DNA of 29,047 bases. Source: Paraspadella gotoi (taxonomy: Eukaryota > Animalia > Chaetognatha). Every line of letters begins with the position of its first letter. Position 1 is the first letter of the stretch. Location: positions 1 to 29,047 of the forward strand of contig JBJCIZ010000467.1 in NCBI GenBank assembly GCA_051294375.1. Direction: 5' to 3'. The notes under the pieces are model-generated. The model was not told where the DNA came from, did not search any database, and saw only the letters and a list, made by a program, of their open reading frames with translations. Below, in pieces: positions 22,840 through 29,047 of the stretch. The position numbers and the translations under genes were made by a program.

Positions 22840-23058
22840 ACTGGTACAGACTCAATTCTTACACCAATCGATCGATATAGAAGCGTGTATATAAATTTCA
22901 GCTTCATTATGCACCAAATTGAATCATAAAAAAGGCCGATCTATAATTTGAAACGCCGACAACAACGACGACGACAACGCCAACGACGACGACGCCACTT
23001 ATGCGCAAAAGCGTTACAATATCGTCGCAATCGCTTAGCGTTTGCGACGATAAAAAAA
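22840..23058 (-). mobile_element. 5' end of a second HINE/DINE-like family
   Basis: Minus strand: T-run, hairpin TATCGTCGCAA..CGCT.AGCG..TTGCGACGATA (23020-23052), (GTC/GTT)n microsatellite (22954-22996), GCTGAAATTT motif (22893-22902). 3' end not identified. Confidence 0.6.
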
Positions 23059-23161
23059 TATGATTTTGAAAATTAATGATTTTATAGGGATATTTCTATA
23101 AGAAAATTCAATTAATGATGCTATTAAGCCAATTTTTTTTTAAAAAAAGGATTAATTATTT

Positions 23162-23167
23162 TTTATT
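23162..23167 (-). promoter_or_regulatory. Candidate polyadenylation signal of TRMT10
   Basis: AATAAA on minus strand about 70 nt downstream of the TGA stop. Confidence 0.45.
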
Positions 23168-23235
23168 ACATATAAAAAGGCAGCGAAAAAAACATTGTTC
23201 CATCGCTCAATCTTTTCATCACCCCACCCTATTAC

Positions 23236-23459
23236 TCATCCTTCCCTGTCTTTTTTCTGACACTTCACTGTTGCCCCCTTCCGGTCAGGTATCGATTCTA
23301 AAAAGGCTGAGGGCCAATTCCGATGTTTGGTCCAGGCGGCGAGGATATCGACGACGTGATTGACAGTTAAGACGCGCCTCGTCTTCATCTCCACATATTC
23401 ATCGATGGGAAGGCGGGCGTGGCGGATGCCATTTGAAACAGCGACAGCGTGGCAAGCCC
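23236..23459 (-). CDS. TRMT10A: tRNA (guanine-N1/9)-methyltransferase TRMT10A/Trm10, last coding exon
   Basis: Acceptor ttctcctgcag; reads GACHAVAVSNGIRHARLPIDEYVEMKTRRVLTVNHVVDILAAWTKHRNWPSAFLESIPDRKGATVKCQKKDREG-stop; ARLPI, VLTVNHV and W..AF...IP.RK are Trm10 motifs; phase-compatible with upstream exon via 87 nt GT-AG intron. Confidence 0.93.
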
Positions 23460-23546
23460 CTGCAGGAGAAGAAAAAGGTAGCGATGGGTGGGATGATCAG
23501 GACGACTCCAGTCCAGGACGGGCAATTATCACTAATTAGTAATTAC

Positions 23547-23713
23547 CTTTGTGTCGATTGTGATCAACCAATCCGCCAATAACATACACTTTGTCTTCTT
23601 CCAATTCCTTTAATACTTCTTCGCTTTCGCTGGTCAAATAAATCGTCTTTTCTTTGACAAAAATGTTATCAAAGTTTTTATTGCTGAAGTAAATGTCCCA
23701 GTTGACGAAGCCA
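23547..23713 (-). CDS. TRMT10A: TRMT10A/Trm10 penultimate exon
   Basis: Acceptor ttttctccag, donor GTAATT; GFVNWDIYF...[32 protein letters not shown] contains the YLT and [15 protein letters not shown] motifs. Confidence 0.95.
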
Positions 23714-24046
23714 CTGGAGAAAACCAAATAAAGATATTAATGATAGATAGAGAAAGAGAGAAAAAGAGAGAAAGAGAGAGAACTCGTGGCTGATAGAAAG
23801 CATGAGAGAGCTCGTTTTGACCAAGATTTCACCACCGTCACTAGGCGACGAGTTAACGAGTAAACGAGTTCCGGCTCTGGAGCGTCTGTCCAGGTTCTTT
23901 TTCTTTCTATCTCTCTGTTTCTCGCTATCTCTCTCTCTCTCTCTCTTTGACTCTCTCTGTCTCTCTCTCCCTCTCTCTTTTTTTTACATTTTTTTATTCA
24001 CTTTTTTATCGCTTTTCTTGTGTGAATCAGTAAATCAGTTTAAAAG

Positions 24047-24373
24047 TGTAAATCTGCAAATGGCAGGGTGGTGCTTATAACTCGAGCCTCTGTGTATACT
24101 TGATTGGCAGGGCGAATGAGGAGTTAGGGAATTTTGCAGGGTGGTGCTTATAATTCGAGCCTCTGTGTATACTTGATTGGCGCGTCAGCGGATACGAAGA
24201 TCCGCCTCCCCTCCGTTCACCACGTTCCCTATCCCACTCTCTCTCTCTCATGGGACTGGGGCAAAGGGCGACGTTGGATGGGCCAAGGGATAAGGGAAAG
24301 CAATAAACTGATTATTCAAAGATAAGCCCTCGTCCCGAATGGTTATATACTATATATGCTCTGACTTGTTACA
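24047..24373 (+). mobile_element. Candidate short solo LTR in TRMT10 intron
   Basis: TGTAA...TTACA ends, internal 46 bp direct repeat (24063-24108, 24136-24181), AATAAA at 24302; flanks AAAG/AAAT only a partial TSD. Confidence 0.35.
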
Positions 24374-24464
24374 AAATACTCATTGGCTGCCTTGGTCACT
24401 AGTACTCATATAATATAACGATTTTCGTGTTTACAATATTAAAAAATCATGATTTCTATTTCCG

Positions 24465-26617
24465 CATCAAAAGACTAATATTTGTAACGAGTTACTTACT
24501 GAGAAATGAAAAAGGTTGTTTTCTTGCCAATTGCGGAACGATATAAGAGGTGATTGAGGTACGTTGTTCCCTGTTCAAAGCGCAAAATGAGACGTCCAGT
24601 ACTTCAGGAATATTACTCCTGGCTAAGTGTCTTGAGGGCTCTCACAGTCATTTTTTCTTCTATCAATTTCTACTGTATTTAATATGATGATCGATCATCG
24701 GTAGAAGGTGAATTCAGTTGCCATTTTGGCTGGAGGTTTTCAAGGAGTTATTTCACCGGGAATCAGATTTCGAGGGAAAAATCTAATTATGGTGAAGATG
24801 CTTTCGCATCATCAAGGGGTGGATTTTACCTCACAATAGATTTTTGGTTATGATTTCTTAATCATTCATAGGTCTGTTTCTTTTATAACTTAACACAATA
24901 TAATATTCTAACCGATTGGACAGTATAAAATAGTATTATATTATATATCTAATAAATATATTAAAAATACCTCTGGCTGTTTTTTGTCAGAGATTAGTCC
25001 TAGTCAATACCTTAACAGACTTGCAGTATTTCATCGCTGTGGCTTTTTGCTGCCAGGGGGTTGACGTGGTGTAGCGCCGGAAAGTACTTAATGGCTAAAT
25101 GGACGGAAGCTGGATATGGAGACCGGTGAATTTACTTACCAGGGATGTAGGGTGGTTCAGAAAGTTAAATGTATTATGGTATCGTTATTGTTTCAGCAAA
25201 CATTCTGTTTAATATCTCATGAAAGCAATCAAATTGTAAATCTCAATTCCGACTAACACTTGTTTTAAGAAAGTACTTTTTAGAAAAGTCGATGTTTTAG
25301 AATATGATTAGAAGAGAGTAGTTAATTATTGTTTTGTTCGTGAATTAGAACCCGTGTCAATATAAGCAAGTCCTCGAGCTTCGGATCGGTCTGTAGAGTA
25401 TCCGATAAGCCGTTTTAATTGTTTTGAGGAAATTCGCTAGAACCGTTTAAAGACTAAAGTTTATTAAGTCGTAAGCGTTTAGAATCGGTTAATTTTAATA
25501 ATGTTCAAGCTTTGAAAATTTAAAATTATTAAGAGATCTTAAAACAATAATAAGTATTTAATGGTATTTTCTTTTTTAACTCTGGCTCATTGAATGCGCT
25601 GATAAAGACTTGAAAGAGAGTCGAAAATGTCATATTTTTATGTCAAATAAAATAAATTGTTGTAAACAACAAATATATTTTGCATAATCTTCATACACGA
25701 ACGAACACGAAGAGTACCAATCAAATTCTAATCTCGTATATTTTGTTTTCGTCTTTATCTCTTTTGCTTTCTCTTTTTCTTTCTACTTGCTATCTATTCC
25801 GTCCATTATTTTTGTAGGTTGTTAGTTTTCTTAAACGCTTGTTTTCTGTTGTTAGTGCTTTCATAAAAGCTACTGACCAATGTCATTGATACCATGAAAT
25901 ATAGGAATATGAATTTTAATTTATTGATAAAAACTGGTTGATTTATCGGATTGATCAATATTTATTTGATTAAGATGAAACTATATTTTTTTCAGTTTAA
26001 TTAAAAAGTATAGTCTGCATTATTCTTTTTTTAAATGTCCTTCTTTAAGATGTCGTTCCTTCTTGTCTAATTAATCTTTTAAATTTTTTAAAATAATTTT
26101 TTATTTGGTTTCTTTTATTCATTTTTTTTCATGTCATCTCGGAAGAAAAAAGAGAGCTAAATTGGAATAGTATATTTATTGGCATGAAAGGGCAAAAAAA
26201 ATGGAAAAAGTAGCAAAGGGCGAAAAAAATGGAGAAAAGAAAGGGGGAAAGAAAAAAGGGGAAGAGTGGAAAGAAAAGAAAGGCAGAACCAGGAGATAAA
26301 TAAAGGGAAGAAAGTAATAGAGAGAGATAGTGGATGCAGAAAAAAAAGGAGAAAATAAAGCAAAGCGAAAAGCTAGGGAAAAAGTTGGAGAGAAAGAGAG
26401 GCCGTAAAAAAGTATGGTGAGAAGGGGAGAGGAGATAAGGAACATAAAAAAAATAAGTTTTTTTTTAATTTAAAGATTTCATACCAAAAAAGATGAAAAA
26501 AATCAACATTTGAAAATTTAACCGAATTATACCGTTAGAAGATGAATATATTAACGGTTTAGTTAAAAATTATTTTTTAAACCGTTAATAACGCGTTAAG
26601 CGTTAAATCGAACACTA
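24465..26617 (-). mobile_element. hAT-like DNA transposon remnant in TRMT10 intron
   Basis: 24740-25342 matches 28518-29047, which encodes hAT C-terminal dimerisation-like residues; minus-strand terminus TAGTGTTCGATTTAACG at 26617 with repeated TAACGG subterminal motifs (26518-26605). Linkage of terminus and coding remnant is inferred. Confidence 0.5.
26170..26460. repeat. Polypurine low-complexity tract
   Basis: Almost entirely A/G on + strand. Confidence 0.8.
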
Positions 26618-26621
26618 ATGC

Positions 26622-26760
26622 CAGGCTGTAACTACCAATGTTTACACACGGCGGGTTAAGCGCCCCGTCCGCTCTTAACTGCTAGGCAACCACCGGGCTA
26701 TGGAACCCCGGACCTTTGGGTTGGGGAGCGCATGAACTTGCCTCCGGCAAACCAATGGCC
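26622..26760 (-). mobile_element. Possible tRNA-derived SINE head
   Basis: Minus strand GGCCATTGGTTTGCCGG...CTCCCCAACCCAAAGGTCCGGGGTTCCATAGCCCGG: A-box-like and B-box-like (GGTTC.AT..CCC) motifs at tRNA-like spacing; no complete cloverleaf. Confidence 0.4.
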
Positions 26761-27024
26761 GCTAATGACCGGTTGGTGGATTAGTCTGCACCAATAATTA
26801 TTCCAATTTTTTGGAAGAAATTATCTAATATCTAGCATTGCATTAATGATTATTGGAACTAAAAAATTGTGGCAGAAAGTTTGGTAAACAATAAATACCC
26901 TGAAAATCGTTTTGTCAGATAATTATGGGATACTGTAATTTTTTCGTGATTATGAACGGCAAAGGAAAAAAGGAAGTTTTAGTAATCTGGGTGAAGTTTG
27001 TAAATTGTAATCCGCTTCTCGAAC

Positions 27025-27234
27025 CTGAGTCAGCTTTCGAACTTGGCCTTTGAGGTCAGCCGACCCAGTCTAACGCATGTGACGAAGAGTTTCATAGACT
27101 TGGAAGGCGACGGTTTGGTTGTGTAGGCAATAGCTGGATCTGCTTGAGAAAGAAGTGCCCAGGCTGCTCGCGTCCCGTGCTTCCAATTAGATGTTTCCGC
27201 CAAGCGAGCAATCGATCTTACAACCGCTGATCGT
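27025..27234 (-). CDS. TRMT10A: TRMT10A/Trm10 upstream exon (contains apparent frameshifts)
   Basis: Acceptor ttcttctcgcag; fragments IDCSL, LKQIQ, YTT.RRLP, MKLFVT match Trm10 (IDCSF...KQIQRCYxxNRR...FYLT); donor position (GTTCGA at 27024) tentative. Confidence 0.75.
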
Positions 27235-27273
27235 CTGCGAGAAGAAGANNNNNNNNNNNNNNNNNNNNNNNNN

Positions 27274-27372
27274 CATCAAAAGACTAAATTTGTAAAGTTA
27301 TATAGAAATGAAAAGGTTTTTTTCCATTCAAAACGATATAAACGTGATTGAGGTATGTTCCTGTTCTCTCAA
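27274..27372. repeat. Copy of 24465-24585 (hAT-like family, distal part)
   Basis: CATCAAAAGACTAA...GAAATGAAAAGGTT...GTGATTGAGGTA.GTTCC shared by both positions. Confidence 0.7.
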
Positions 27373-27439
27373 AATCTTTACATTTCATTATTTTAATATA
27401 TATGTGAAAATGGTACAACCAATTATAAAAATTATCCAT

Positions 27440-27729
27440 TCATTTAATAAAATTAAGCTATACTTGCCCCGGACTTTGGACAGGCTTTGGTGTGTTTAGG
27501 TTAAGGCCTCCATCACTTCTTACAAGATTAATTGACATAGCAGGTCCCTGCAAGCTTTCAATCAAGACTCTCTCACTAGTCTCGTTTATTCCACTATCCA
27601 GAGTACCTGGCTTCCCTATCAATGAAGTGGAAATTATTTCAAAGGAAATGTTTCAATTGTATGAAAGACCACTCCCTTAATATTGATTACGATCAGGTAA
27701 AGTGAATTAGTCCATTTTCGTTGCGAGTT
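27440..27729 (-). mobile_element. Penelope family 2 fragment, GIY-YIG C-terminal region, running into the gap
   Basis: Minus strand reads GVVFHTIET...HFID.EAR....E.N...RVLIES.....INLVRSDGGLNL, the pattern of the PLE endonuclease tail (H...H.ID....L..E....R...E......NRD.G). Confidence 0.6.
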
Positions 27730-28517
27730 NNNNNNNNNNNNNNNNNNNNNNNNNNNNNNNNNNNNNNNNNNNNNNNNNNNNNNNNNNNNNNNNNNNNNNN
27801 NNNNNNNNNNNNNNNNNNNNNNNNNNNNNNNNNNNNNNNNNNNNNNNNNNNNNNNNNNNNNNNNNNNNNNNNNNNNNNNNNNNNNNNNNNNNNNNNNNNN
27901 NNNNNNNNNNNNNNNNNNNNNNNNNNNNNNNNNNNNNNNNNNNNNNNNNNNNNNNNNNNNNNNNNNNNNNNNNNNNNNNNNNNNNNNNNNNNNNNNNNNN
28001 NNNNNNNNNNNNNNNNNNNNNNNNNNNNNNNNNNNNNNNNNNNNNNNNNNNNNNNNNNNNNNNNNNNNNNNNNNNNNNNNNNNNNNNNNNNNNNNNNNNN
28101 NNNNNNNNNNNNNNNNNNNNNNNNNNNNNNNNNNNNNNNNNNNNNNNNNNNNNNNNNNNNNNNNNNNNNNNNNNNNNNNNNNNNNNNNNNNNNNNNNNNN
28201 NNNNNNNNNNNNNNNNNNNNNNNNNNNNNNNNNNNNNNNNNNNNNNNNNNNNNNNNNNNNNNNNNNNNNNNNNNNNNNNNNNNNNNNNNNNNNNNNNNNN
28301 NNNNNNNNNNNNNNNNNNNNNNNNNNNNNNNNNNNNNNNNNNNNNNNNNNNNNNNNNNNNNNNNNNNNNNNNNNNNNNNNNNNNNNNNNNNNNNNNNNNN
28401 NNNNNNNNNNNNNNNNNNNNNNNNNNNNNNNNNNNNNNNNNNNNNNNNNNNNNNNNNNNNNNNNNNNNNNNNNNNNNNNNNNNNNNNNNNNNNNNNNNNN
28501 NNNNNNNNNNNNNNNNN
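27730..28517. other. Assembly gap (788 N); a 25 N gap is at 27249-27273
   Basis: Runs of N. Confidence 1.
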
Positions 28518-29047
28518 TCAAGAGTTTTCAACCGGGAGTCAGATTCGGGAAAAATCTAATATGGTGAAAATCTTCCATCAAAGGGGTGGATTTTCCAAAG
28601 ATTTTGGTTAATATTTTTTATATTCATGGTCGAATTTTTTTTAAACTTAACAAATAATAATATTCTACATTGGACAGTATAAAAATATATATATATATAT
28701 AAAAATATATTAAAAATACCTCTGGCTTTTTTTGTCAGAGATTAGTCCTAGTCAATACCTTAACAGACTTCAGTATTTCATCGCTGTGGCTTTTGCTGCC
28801 AGGGGGTGACGTGGGTAGCGGGAAATACTTAATGGCTAAAGGACGCGAAGGGATATGGAGCCGAATTTACTTACCAGGGAGGGGTGGTTCAGAAGTTAAA
28901 TGTTTATTCGTTTTTCAGCAACATTCTGTTTAATATCTCAAAGCAATCAAATTGTAAACTCAATTCCGCTACACTGTTTTAAAAGTACTTTTAGAAAAGT
29001 CAGTTTTAGAAATATTTGAAGAGAAAGTAATTATTGTTTTGTTAGTG
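28518..29047 (-). mobile_element. hAT-like transposase C-terminal remnant, second copy
   Basis: Minus strand SEPPL.W...YP..RPLAIKYFPLPTS...RTNL resembles the hAT dimerisation domain (DPLxWW...YPxLxxLAxKYLxxPATS...RxxL); collinear with 24740-25342. Confidence 0.6.

Noticed and set aside
26680-26760. Functional tRNA gene
   Set aside because: Acceptor stem and D-arm do not close; reported only as a SINE-like head.
27634-28611. Three long ORFs of 274-296 aa
   Set aside because: Artefacts of the N gap.

Overview
AT-rich, repeat-dense eukaryotic (probably invertebrate animal) genomic DNA with spliceosomal introns, two N gaps (27249-27273, 27730-28517) and many small indels typical of poorly polished long-read sequence, so most motifs below were read by eye across frameshifts. 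Two host genes lie on the minus strand: the last three coding exons of a TRMT10A/Trm10 tRNA m1G9 methyltransferase (23236-27234) and the 5' part of a type II membrane M1 aminopeptidase-like gene (1-1882) whose HEXXH/GAMEN motifs look degenerate. The rest is nested mobile DNA: a 5'-truncated Penelope-like retroelement (RT + GIY-YIG) with an inverted terminal copy, fragments of a second Penelope family with a hammerhead ribozyme core next to a small DBF4-type zinc-finger ORF, several Helentron-associated (HINE/DINE-1-like) elements, hAT remnants, two candidate solo LTRs, a tRNA-like SINE and minisatellites. The most interesting object is a ~2.37 kb insertion (15697-18062) with CACAATG (RSS-heptamer-like) termini and remnants of a RING finger plus a RAG1/Transib/Chapaev-type transposase core.
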